Below are positions 17,739 to 37,550 of a DNA stretch of 64,000 bases, piece by piece. Under the pieces are notes generated by a model. The model was not told the origin of the DNA, made no database searches, and worked only from the letters and a program-made list of their open reading frames with translations. Positions within the stretch are counted from its first letter, which is position 1, and each line of letters begins with the position of its first letter. Made by a program: the position numbers and the translations under genes. Origin of the DNA: Blastocystis sp. Blastoise (taxonomy: Eukaryota; Protista; Bigyra: Opalinata); assembly GCA_039096225.1 (NCBI GenBank), contig JBBPEB010000025.1, positions 434,001 to 498,000 on the forward strand, given 5' to 3'.

Positions 17739-18228
17739 ATTATTATCATAAAAACTGTAATAAAATTAATACTGGATATGAACAACAACAAAAAATATAT
17801 ATATATATATACATTGCTTTTTTTATTGTATATTGCATAGATGAATCTATATATATATAAATATTAAAAACATTTATACTATATAACATAATGATAATAG
17901 TTTATATATAATTAAAAATATATATATATTATTAATAAAGCATAATATAATATACTATTTTTCTTTTGTACATATTCTTGTTCAAAATATATTTCTAACG
18001 ATATCCTTCTATAAAAATTTCCATTTATATAATCTATATATATATTAATTATATTATTGTTTATAGATATACTTAAATTAATTTCAGAAATAAGAAAATA
18101 TCTAAGAAAAAGAACTTATATATAATTATATATACCTTGAACACAATAATAATCAAGATTTGGAAATACTTTGGGGAAAATACGATTGAAAATTAATGAA
18201 TAATCAAAAGGATAATATATATTTTGAG

Positions 18229-18271
<43 letters not shown>

Positions 18272-19005
18272 AACATATAAATAACAATTATAATCATTCT
18301 ATACATGTGAAATATAATAATAAATATAAAATAATTCTTTATATACATTTTAATGTTACTACTTTAATGGGAATATAACAAAAAATGGATTTATATAAAT
18401 CAAGAAAAGACAATAATTCGTCTGTTATAAAACCATTTATCCATATATCTAAATCACAAAAATCTTTTTCTTCAAATTGTGAAAATGATTTAATTGCAAA
18501 TTCTTCACTAGATGTATATCCATTGGATTCATCATATTTTTTCTGATCAAAGATTTCAATATTGTTATCTAAAAGTACATTAACTGCTATTTTTCTTATC
18601 TTATTTAACAGCAAAGATGTCATTTTCTTCGGTTTCTGTTTAAAAAACTGATTTAGGCACTTATACACTTTTGAATAAGTTTCCGGTGTCCATTCTTTAT
18701 AATCGTCTTCAGGTTGAGATAAAAACAAGCACATTTCCTCAACACCATCACTTACAAAATCCATATAATACGAATCTGAATCTTCAACTCTATTATTCTC
18801 ATCATTCGAACACTCCTCTAAAATGCACCCAGGATATTTCTTAAATAAAGACGTTGAAACAGAAACTGCCTTGTTATCTTGGAATAAGAATATCTTAAAG
18901 TCTATATTGAAATACAAATTATAATCCTTTATTTGTGCAAACTATGAATATGAATTAGATACCGCCTGACTCAGATTGATCATTTCTCTTCTGTTTTTTG
19001 ACCAT
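15497..19005 (-). CDS. Multi-exon protein with a BTB/POZ-like N-terminus and LRR-like repeats (lineage-specific family)
   Basis: MVKKQKR..GDFKIFLFQD..LFKKYPGCIL (BTB-like). Repeats such as FPKVTELDFS, YPNLKHI, FPQLESL and LPALESL. About 13 GT-AG exons. Confidence 0.6.
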
Positions 19006-19918
19006 CTTTAATTTGTCTATATGTATATAATCATATACATTATGTTGGCAATATCACAATAAGAATATCATACATGTAGAACTCTTTGAAATGAAAAATA
19101 TAGGAAAATGAGGAAAAAAAAATCACAAATAGAGTCGCTTTGATCCGTTTCAGAAAAATCAGAACAGGTTGGAAATGGATTTTCTTATTTATTTCTATTA
19201 TTCATTATATTTCATTCGATATATAATAATTCATGATGAAATAGGTTTAAATAAATTGAGATATATACATAAATATTCTTTGAATTTTTTTGTCTTAATG
19301 TCTTCACAGTGTTATTGAATCAGTGGTGAATCATGGTTTCTTTCTTTCTTTTGACAATGAAAAATATATAACAAGATGTACTTTTTGATAAATAAGTCAT
19401 TGAGCAACATTCTAACAATAGAATCTTTAGTTGACAGATAAATTGTTTGCAGCTTTTCCTTTTAAATCATTGAATTATAATAAATTTTATGATATCATAT
19501 ACGATTACCAAATAAGTTTTTCTTTATCGTATAAAAAGTCACAAATCAGAAAATAAAAACTAATTATTTTCTTTTAAAATCACAAAATATTGGTCATCAT
19601 ATTACATTTCTAGCATTTCATAAAATAAAAATTATTTATTAATGTGTAAATCAAATGTATTCAACATTTAATTTAGAATTAAGGATAATTTTCTTCGCCG
19701 TTATCTTCCTATGCCTAGAAAACTATAATAAACGATTTAATAGTATCTCAAAAACATATTATATATTTTTTCTATATTTTTATAATCTTCAATAAATTGG
19801 TTATGCAAATCATAAAATAAAACAAGCTTTATTAATTCTTTCAAATTTTTCATTTTTAATCTTTTTATTATTATTTATTTTCTTATTTTTTATTTCATAA
19901 CGTTACTATAATATATAC

Positions 19919-22900
19919 ATGAGCGAATCTGAGGATGATGAACCAATTGTGAGTCGATCAATTGATCAGAGGTGGCCTTTACCTGATGAACCTGTTTGTA
20001 AAGTAATCATAATACAGTTTAATGTTGTTATCTACTGATTTAAATAGATATGTGGTAGATATGGTGCCTATGTTTGTGATGAAACTGATGAAGATGTATG
20101 TAGTCTTCAATGTAAAAGTAAGTCTATTGAGAACAACAAGAAAAAAAGTCAATCAGAAGAAAAAATAGCTGTTATTCCATTAGATGCATCATTAAATACC
20201 AATAAGAATATGAATAATCCTGAAAAGAATAAAAAAAACGATGCCACTATTCAAAGTCAGTCTCCATATCCATTTTATATTGAATCACAGGAAACAAAAT
20301 CAATTAGTATCTCTCAAGTATATATCTCTAAAAATTTTTATTAATGAAATTCTAGAGAGATTTACTTCGCCAGAAATTAGGCATTACTGTCAAATCACAA
20401 ATAGAATTATCTCCAATTTCTCAATTTGAATTCTGTGGCTATTCTACAACATTAATAAATAATATAAAGCAAGCGGGATATTTACATCCAACACCTATAC
20501 AAATGCAAGCAGTATATATATATATTATGAATATTAAAATGATAGATATATAAATATATGTTATTATAACGATTAATAATTGAAAAAAATATAAATATAT
20601 TATTATATATATATAACTATTCCTATTATTATTAACTCTAAATATTATAATTAGATTCCCTATATTCAAGCATCTATAACCGCGGTTATTTCGTCTCCAA
20701 CAGGATCTGGGAAATCTGCAGCTTATTTATTCCCTCTAGTTCATATAGTATATTATATATATATATAATAATTATCTATTTTATAGTATAATTATCTATA
20801 TATATTATTATTATATAATACTTGTTTATTCTATTTTACATGTTTTATTTATACTTAATAGTGTTCCTCTCTTTCTTCTTCTTGTCCCCCATCTGTTGCA
20901 TGTAGTCATCCTTACGCACTCATCGTCACTCCTTCTCGAGAACTCTGTATTCAAATCGAAAATACTATTAAAATAATATCTAAAGGTATTTTTATCAACT
21001 ATTTTATATATTTTTTTCAAACTTTTATTCTAAATCAATAAATCAATAAATCAATATATATATTTATTTATTACTGTTAATATTATTGTTATTCCCAGGA
21101 TTATTTCGAATGCGTACATGTCTTCTTGTTGGGGGTATACCTATTCAAACTCAAGTATATATTTATATATATATATATATATTAATATTGTTTTTTTTAA
21201 TTTTTAAATATTTTTATTCTATTTATATAATAAATATTCATTCAATTCAATTATAATGCTTCATATATATATATATGTAGATTCATCGTTTAAAGCAAGA
21301 TATAACTATTGTTATTGCTACACCAGGTCGACTATTAGATCTTCTAAAGAACCAGGATTCCCGTGATTATCTTGAGAGTGTATCAAGTCAATCGATATAC
21401 AAAGAAGATGAAGTTAGTCCAGTCTTATTTCTTGATGAATTATGTATATATAGTATAGATGAAGGAGACATGATGGCCAAAGGAGGATTTGATAGACAAT
21501 TAAACGATATTGAATCCTTTATTAAGCATACCGTTCAAGTATATATGTATTTATAATGATAATAAGTATTTTTTTAAATCTGTTTTTTTGTATTTGTATT
21601 TATAATATTTGGAAATATAATATATATATATATATATATAGAAAGTGATTATTACTGCTACTATTACTTCAAATCTCTCTGAATATATTGCAAAAACCAT
21701 TATAAATCCTTCATTTATTACAGTCAAATCAGGTATATATATTCTAGTATTCATATATTAAAAAAATAAAAGTTTTCTATATATTCTTATTATATATATA
21801 TTTTTTTTATAAATTCTTCTAACTCAAGCTTATATCTATTTATTTCTCTTTCTATACTTATATATAGATCTATCTATGAATCCAATAATCGAGTCATTCT
21901 ATTGGGTAGAAGAAGCAAATAAGCGAATCAAATTACTCAATTTTTTAACAGATAAAGATTTTATCCATTTTCCTGTACTTATATTTGTAGCTACCAAGTA
22001 TTCTGATAAATATAAATATAAATAAATATATATATATATATAGATTGGATTGTATTGAATTATATAATTATTTAAAAGAGAATCTTAATTATTCAATGAA
22101 TTGTATACACGTGGATATCCCTCAATCTCAGCGTATAAACATAACATCAGATTTTATTCAAGGAAATATTGATGTATATATATAATGTTTATATAATTTA
22201 TATATATATAATGTTTATATATATATATAGATATTAGTTCTAACCGGTATATTAGGAAGAGGAGTAGATCTACAACGTGTTCAAACGGTATATATATATA
22301 TATATATATATATGATTAATATAAATAATAAACCTTTATTATTTTTCTCTGTATGCTATGTATATTTGCTATATATTTATATTAATTAATATTTTTGATT
22401 CATCTATACTATTCTCTCTCTCTCTCTATATATATATATCTATGTATATATATATATAATTCTTTGTAGGTAATTCATTATGATTTCCCTCTTTCTCTTT
22501 CAGAGTATACACATCAAAGAGGGAGAGCTGGAAGATTAGGTGAAAAAGGGTATTCAATTGCATTTATTAATAATAAATGTCAAAAAGTATTTGGAGGATT
22601 ATATAAATTAATGGAAGAACGAAATATTAAGAAACCTAAAGGTATTCTATATATATACTATTTATATATGAATACCATTTCTTTATAGAATTAGTTTATT
22701 TCATGAGTAATAAAACAAAACCAAAAAGTATATATAAAATTATTATATCTATATAATATAAAAATTTATAATATTAATAATAATAATAATAATAATAATA
22801 ATTATTATTATTATAACATTCTCCATATAGAACAAATATCGATTCCTATATTGCAAGAGAAAGAATTATTTTCTTATCAGAGTCAACAAGATTGGAAACA

Positions 22901-22922
22901 ATTTCTTTCTTCTCGAAAATAA
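19919..22922 (+). CDS. DDX59: DEAD-box RNA helicase with N-terminal HIT zinc finger (DDX59/RH41 family)
   Basis: [79 protein letters not shown]. Confidence 0.88.
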
Positions 22923-23468
22923 AAAAAATATTTATTGTGCTTATAAAGAATAAATTATATATAGATTAGTTTTCTTACGACAATAAATACTTAATATCAT
23001 TTCTTTAAAATGAATAATATACCTTTTCATTATTAATATGAACAAAACAAAAAATAAATACTTGCCTATAACAATGAAAAAAAACAAATAAAACAATTGG
23101 ATATCAAACTATAAATATGAAAAACTCAAAAACATTCATATATTCATAGCTAAAGCTCATAAATTAATATCCATATAAAATAAACAATTAGTTCACAAGA
23201 AAGATAATATAACAAATATAATAAAAATAAGAAGAAATTTATCAAAGCAAACGCAAATAAAAGATTTAAAATTATATTTAAAAAAAAATAATATATATAT
23301 AACTAGTTGATATCCACTCAAAGATTATCTCTATTAGAAAAAAAGTATTCATAAATAGTACCATAGGAAGAAAGAAATAAGAATAAAGAGACTACTCTTA
23401 TTATTACAAACACACAAAAATAAATGTAACTAACAAGAGAGAACTCTTCAGCGAAGCATATAGAAGAA

Positions 23469-23861
23469 CTAATGCTTTCTCGATTTATTAGATTGCTTCA
23501 CATAAAGACCCCAAGCATTATCTATTTAAATAAATAAATAAAATAATAAATTAAATAATAAAAATAATAAAATAAATAATGAAATAAAAATAATAAAATA
23601 ATAAATAAAATAAATAAAATAAATAAAATAAAAATAAATAAAATAAATAAAATAAAAATAAATAAAATAAAAATAAATAAAATAAAAATAATAAAAAAAA
23701 AGCTTACTCAAATAAAAGTTAACATCATCTGATGATACAACTTGATTTCCAGAACGTTTTGCTACAAGACATGCTCCATCAATTAGATTTTCAACAAAGT
23801 CTTGAGTTAATGAGGCCATAAAATATTGAACTTCAGAAGAAACATTAATTTCATAATTCAT
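23469..23861 (-). CDS. TAF12: TFIID subunit 12-like histone-fold protein
   Basis: EVQYFMASLTQDFVENLIDGACLVAKRS..DDVNFYL|NNAWG matches the TAF12 histone fold. One GT-AG intron. A possible extra 5' exon at ~23935-23956 is unresolved. Confidence 0.7.
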
Positions 23862-24269
23862 ATTAGAAATATTATTTAAAAAAGAAGAAAGAAATAAATA
23901 GAAAAGAAAAAAATCAAAAATAAATAAAAAATGCCTTTTTTTTCTTTTTCATCCATGTTTCGCTTTCTGGAGCTGTTTGACCACTGAAAAGGGGGTATCT
24001 GTATTGATATTTCATTTGTTCATTTTATACTTATTTTCCCGTGATAAATCTAAAGAAGATGGACGATCTTTTATTTTTTTTATGAGACAATATTTGATTG
24101 GTCAATTAATTAAAGTGAAAATTGAGTCAAAAAAATTGATAAAAAGAGCTCATGGTTATTCTTTAATTTGATTCGCTAATCTGTTTTAGACTATTTTTAT
24201 GGATAGAATTCTTTTTTTGAGTCATTGAAAGATGATTCTAAACGAAATTCGATGAATCCAGTATTTTGG

Positions 24270-24343
24270 GCAAGAACCAGGGTGTGCCAAAACTGCGCTT
24301 TAAGCGCAAAGTGCGCTTTTCGATGTTGTTTTTGCGCTTAAAT
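24270..24343 (+). repeat. Left TSD, TIR and subterminal TTAAGCGC motifs of the hAT element
   Basis: GCAAGAAC|CAGGGTGTGCCAAAACTGCGCTTTAAGCGCAAAG...TTTTTGCGCTTAAAT. Confidence 0.88.
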
Positions 24344-25544
24344 CTTTTATTTCATTTTTCTTTTAATTTTTATAAATCTACATAGAATAAAACGTTTAAT
24401 AATTTTTAGAGGATCGAGATAAGCTCAATAATGATGTTTTTGACATTTTACACGAGGTTTGTGTTTGTTGATGTAATTTGATTTGTTGTTGAATAAATAA
24501 TAACCTTACACATATTATAATTAGAGAGCAAATTGAATTTTTTAGCATTTTTAGAATGTTAATCATGTAGTTATAATGATTGATTGTCTTTAAGTATTTA
24601 ACAATTAGGAAAAAAGCGTGATTATGTGTAGATCTTAATAATATAGTAGTAGTAGAATCATAATAGCAATACATGCTTCAAATTTTTACAAAACTTTGAA
24701 TTCTTTTAAATTGGCTAAATACTGATTATTAGTGGTCAAAAAATTTTCAAACTCAGCTCATCAAGACGCATTAATTTACACACTTTTCATGAAAAAAAGA
24801 CCGGGTGACATAAAAAAGTAATTCATTCCATTGACTATTATACTATGACATGACAGTTTTTAACTTAAAACATATTATTTTGATATATAATGTATAAATG
24901 TTTTGAAATAAGTCATCTAAGAAGATTTTTGTGACACATGTTGTGACAGATACATGACTTAAAAGTTCATAAGTCATCAAATAACAACAAGTATGATTCC
25001 TATATTTGACTATTTGTGTTAATTTGGGTGACAAATAAAAATTATTTTGTGACAAAAGTCAATTGCTTAAGATATTCTTTTGTATATTATTTTAAAGACT
25101 TTTATTTATGTTTATAATGAAAAATAATGTCAATAAATACTAAAAAATATTATAAAAAATAATAATGTAATTAAAAAGTTTTTATTTTTATAAAATATCA
25201 TGAAGTAGTCTTGTAGGGACTGTACAGATACATCCTGACAAGTAATAAAAATTAAATAAACGAAAAGCATATTAAAATATTATTTTTCAAAAATCAAACA
25301 AAAAACAATACAATGAACAAAAGCTGGATTTGAAAAAACAATACGTCCAACAAAATGATTTTTAATAGCCTTATAAAATGGTTTTAAAATGTATTTTATA
25401 TGTAGAATAAGTCACACAACACATTTATAATATTTATATTATAAAATATATTGTTTTTATGTTTAAAAATAAAAAAATAAAAAAACGGTTAGTAGTCACT
25501 AGCTTTGCAATTATTATATGACTTGATGAAAAATATTATAAGGG

Positions 25545-25616
25545 AGTTGTTTGGTCAAATGGTCAGTGCGTATAAAATTTTTACATAGTGGACGGATCGA
25601 ATCTTACGAGGAACTA
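25545..25616 (+). ncRNA. Degenerate tRNA-like Pol III unit inside the transposon
   Basis: A-box TGGTCAAATGG and B-box GGATCGAATC at tRNA spacing, partial acceptor pairing (AGTT/AACT), followed by an oligo-T run. Confidence 0.5.
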
Positions 25617-25908
25617 TTTTTTTAAACTTTTTCTTTTGACTGCTATTTACAATGATTTTATTTAAAATCAACTTTGTTTCATTTTTATTATCTGTAAACA
25701 TTATTTACATCATTGATATCTGCTTTTTAGTTTAGAATCAACATATCAACAAACTTTTTTTTTCAAAAAATAGTAATTATTGTTTAAAAACAATTCTAAG
25801 TATTTCTAGAATGTTATAAATGTAATAAAAGAGCATAAATATAATATTTGAAGATATCAAATAATTTTAAACTTATTATATAGAACACATGAAAAAATAA
25901 AATTGAGA

Positions 25909-25981
25909 AATCGGTTGGTATAGTTGACCAGCGCTGTAGCTATTATGGTAATTGTCGCTGGATCGAATCTCGCAAGAGGCA
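25909..25981 (+). ncRNA. Second degenerate tRNA-like Pol III unit inside the transposon
   Basis: A-box TGGTATAGTTG, B-box GGATCGAATC, partial T-stem GCTGG/CTCGC, followed by an oligo-T run. Confidence 0.5.
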
Positions 25982-26171
25982 TTTTTATTTTTATTTCTTG
26001 GAAAAACATCTTTTTATGAAACTTGTTCTTTTATATATTTATTTTGATTATCTCTTGATACGATCATTTATTTTGGTTTAATTTAATTAACTTAGTTTAT
26101 CAAGAGTATTCGCCTTGAGTATTTATTTTAATTTTTATAATCTGCTTTACTTAATTACTTTCTTTCTTTAG

Positions 26172-33267
<7,096 letters not shown>

Positions 33268-34199
33268 ATATGTTTGATGGCTTATATCAAATAAATGATA
33301 GCTTTATTTGCTCATTTATAAAGACATTTTTTTATTTAGGTTAACTTTGTCAAAAATATTATGATTTATGGCCATGTATACAAATAAGGTGAAAAGCCTT
33401 TCATTCAGTCTGATGACAAAACTCATGAGTATCATATTTTGTTACAAAAAACTTCCTTATGTGTTTGATAAATTCAGCAGAATTAAGCATGGCTGAAAAA
33501 GTGTCACAAAATTTGGTGGCAAGTGTCACCAAAGTCAGGAAAGGACTGACTATTTGATTATTTTTAAAACTTCAGTCATTCTTTAAAAATTTCAATGATA
33601 ATTTCATTCTTTTGTTAAAGATTCAAATCAGAATAAGATTATTGCCTATAATATTTTTTCAAACTTGCTTTCTATCTGCTTTCTGAACTAATAATGGTTT
33701 ATCATTAAGATTCATATTGGTTTTTGTTGCATTGTGAACTCCTCTTAAATACTAGTCAATATCTACTACATGATGATTTCCCATTGTTTGTTGATTGCTT
33801 TGTTACGTACTTGCTCGTTATGATCAGTGTTCAATACACATATCTTACAATGTGCTACGTGATGGATACTTATCAGTTACTTATTCTTGGAATGATTACT
33901 TGCAATGTATAATTTTATGAATATTTACAGTTTGTTGCCTTCCATTTATTATTTACATCTGATTTGGTTACTCACCAAACTTCCTTACTTCTCTTCTTGA
34001 ATTAGTATACTCATTTTTCTTTTTGTAACTTTGCGATTAATGAGATCTTTATTTATGTTGTTTGTATGTTTGATTTTATTCGACTAATGTGCTTTTGATT
34101 GCTTGTTCTACTTTATAAGTGCTAATTATTTTGTTTTTGTTTTTTATTTTTCTGATACTTCCTTTTTTCATACTGTATTATAATGGTATTTATATATAA

Positions 34200-36900
34200 C
34201 GATGACATTTTCTTATAGATTTACTTATTATGAATTTTCTTATTCTTATTCTAGTATTTAATAAATACTTAAACACTTCATCTCTGCGATTAATACTTAC
34301 TATGGTTACTAACATACATAAGTTTCTACTGAAGATAGTAGCAGATTAGTAACAATTGATGTTTATTTCTTTTCATCCTTAAATCCTTTTGTCTATATTA
34401 CAATATTATCATGTACTCTTATTCTATCAAGTTTACTATTATAAGTTTTTGAATGTTTTAGTATCTTATTGTGTAATTCTTTAATATGCTATTATACAGG
34501 AAAGTATCTATATGATATTTCTTTGTTGTAGTTTTCTGTATAAAATTTTTGAATTTCTTTTTATTCTTTGTATATATTTTCATCTTGGTTAATTATTCTT
34601 CAACTTCTCTTCATGTTATCGTTAGTCTACTATTATATATTGAATTTTTAGTTATAAACCTTATCTTATTTCCTTATCTTATTTCATCTTTTGTTCTTTT
34701 AAGGTATTATAGCATTACATTAATTGTATTAGTTTTCTGGTTTTTCAGTCTCTTCCTATCTTCTTCGTATGGTATCTTTATATTTATTAGACTCTTCATT
34801 TCTTCTGGTGCTTTTCAATTATTATGTGATCATTCGTAATACTTCACCTGCATGTTCTTTTCCCTTTATTAAAGAGTTTCTAGATGTGCTATTTTTATAT
34901 TACTTTTATATTATCCTTAGTTGATATTCCTTTTTCTCCTATGATAGAATTCTTTATGTTCTTATGTTATTCTAATAGTCGTTTCATATTTCTCTATTAA
35001 ACATACTATGAGATTTAATGACGATTTTCTTTTCCTTTAATAATTACAAATTCCTCACTATTATATATTATTATATATCTTAGTTTTATTATTCTAACAG
35101 ATTTATTTTTATATTTGTTTCTATAATTGAAAACATACTCAATTAATTTATTTTCATATTTCATTCAAATATACTCTTCATATACATATTCATATCCTTC
35201 ATTTATGGTTTTCTTCGTTTTCTCATGTTCTATATATTATCCCATGGTCTACTTATTTTTGTGCCTATTTTTAATCCTATACTTCCTCATTATCTCTATT
35301 TCTTTATCCACTTTTCTTTTATTTCTAGTGCTTCTATTGTGTATATTGTGTGCTCATTATTAGACTTATTCATTTTAATACTGCTTCATCATTATCTCTC
35401 TTCATATTCTTTAATGCTCATGTTTATTGTATTTCCTATTTACACAGTTATTATTTCAGAAGCATTTTCCATTTCTTGTCTAAATAATATGGGTTTGAAT
35501 ATTTTTATTAGTCCTATTTCTTACTATCGTTTTTTATAATTCTTCTCGTTCGTTTCCTTTCTTTTTCTTTCCAACAATTTCTCTCTTGGCACTACTCATC
35601 ATGGATTTTAGTAATCAAAGTTAGGATTTGTTCTCATTGTTGTATTACTATTATCTATATACCACAAAAGATATTTTTATTATTTCTCTTCATTCTAAGG
35701 TTTTGCTCTTTTTGTTACTTAAACATATTTATATGGCTACTCTTATTTATTATTATTGTGTACATTCTCTTCTTCTTATTTAATTTTTTATAAAAGCCTA
35801 GTATCTACACCTTCTATTCCTTCTATTCTTTCTCATTTCTAATTACTCTCATTTTCCAAAAATGATATAATTATATAATAGGATCTATGTCTCCATATTT
35901 CTTTCGTACTGTTATTTAATAAAATACTATCTCTATTTACTTTAAACCATTTCAACTCCCTTTAACTTATTATCTATATACATCTTACATTCATGCTGAT
36001 ATGAATACTATAATACTATTTGTATTTCTTCTATTTTGTTGAATACGGTTGAGGTAGTTCTCGAATTGTTTATTTTCTAAATTTATTTTCATTTCTATTA
36101 CTTTAGATATTATATCTTCTTAAGTGCATATGTACATAATTAATATGCTTATATATATTTACACCTGCTTTTTCCGTTATCAGCCGTTACTTCATATTAT
36201 TTATACAATGTCTAACTATTATATACAATTTACTCCGTTTGTTCTTTTACTCATGATGATATAATATAGAAATCAACTTCTTATTACTTCTTATGGTTTA
36301 TTTATTGTATTTCTATTTATAGATTTATATATATTTTTATACGAATATTGTTCTCTCTTCATGTTATTGTCTTTAAAAATATACTAAAAATAATTATTAT
36401 CGTCTCTTCTACTCATTTATCACTGCCGATTATAAATTCAGTTGATATATGCATTCTTCCTTCTTCTTAACTTCAAATTTTATTTACAAGTTTTTAGTTA
36501 TCTTCTTTATGATCTACATATATAAATATATTCTCATTAAGTCTATGTCAATCTTTCCAATAATTTTTCTTCTGATAATCTTTCAAATGCTAACCTTTAT
36601 ATAATATCATGAATCTTAATCTAATACTTATTTCATGCTATTATAATATAAAATCCACATTACTTTCTATTATATCATATATTCTAATACTCTTTCGGAT
36701 ATATATAATCCCTCATATGATACTTAATATAGATATAACACATCTTGCTCTTTCCTTTTGAATTCATGTATAAATATAAAATTGTTGGTGTAAACGATTT
36801 AAGATTCCACTTTATATATATGTTTTGGAAAATAGTATATTCTTTAGGAACCAATTGTTATCACTCTCTTTGTGATATTTGATTGATAAGTCAGGTAAAT
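34200..36900 (-). mobile_element. Highly decayed Ty3/gypsy-like pol relic (tentative)
   Basis: Purine-rich minus strand without microsatellite introns. Ordered broken motifs resemble CVDYRxL (~35800), FVVYIDDI (~35655), IGLI, IIKGKEN (~35030) and HAG (~34850). Confidence 0.3.
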
Positions 36901-37550
36901 GATTTTAGTAGTTATTTGGTTCTTTCTATTGATACATTATGATTGAAAATATATTTTGCTATTTATTTATATATTTAATCTTCTTGATTAGATATACTAT
37001 TTGATTTAAGAAGAGTATACTTTATAGTTGTATATTATACTTTTGATTGAATAAAGATTCTTATTAGTATTGGATATTGTTTTAAAGTATTATACTAGAG
37101 AGATTAGTATATATGAAATAATTACTTCTAAAATAATATTTATTTTTCATATAAGTAATAATATTTCTCAGTTATTCGTTTGATCTGAATATAATAGTAC
37201 TTGAAAAAGAATATAATTAGAAAAATAATTGAAATATAGATAAAAATTATTAAGGAATAGTGATTCTAATTAAGAAACTATATACTATTGATATAATCAA
37301 ATATATAAAGGAATATTCAATGTCATCTATTTATAATTATATTTAAAAGATAACAGTATATCTTCTTGAGTTAATTAAAACAATACAAATTATAATGTAA
37401 CAATAAAACATTATGGAATACAAATAGTTAATATAATGAAAACAATATAAATATATAAATATTAATAGTAAAAGAAATCAATGTACTTTGTAGTATAAAT
37501 ACAGTAATTAAGTAGTTGGATTAGATTAGTGATTTTGTTGCTAGATGTTA

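Noticed and set aside
23862-23956. GC-donor first intron of TAF12
   Set aside because: No AG acceptor is present and an ATG at 23861 gives a nearly complete histone fold. It cannot be resolved without cDNA.
34549-35539. Hydrophobic plus-strand ORFs as membrane proteins
   Set aside because: They are a by-product of the T-rich strand opposite a decayed purine-rich coding relic.
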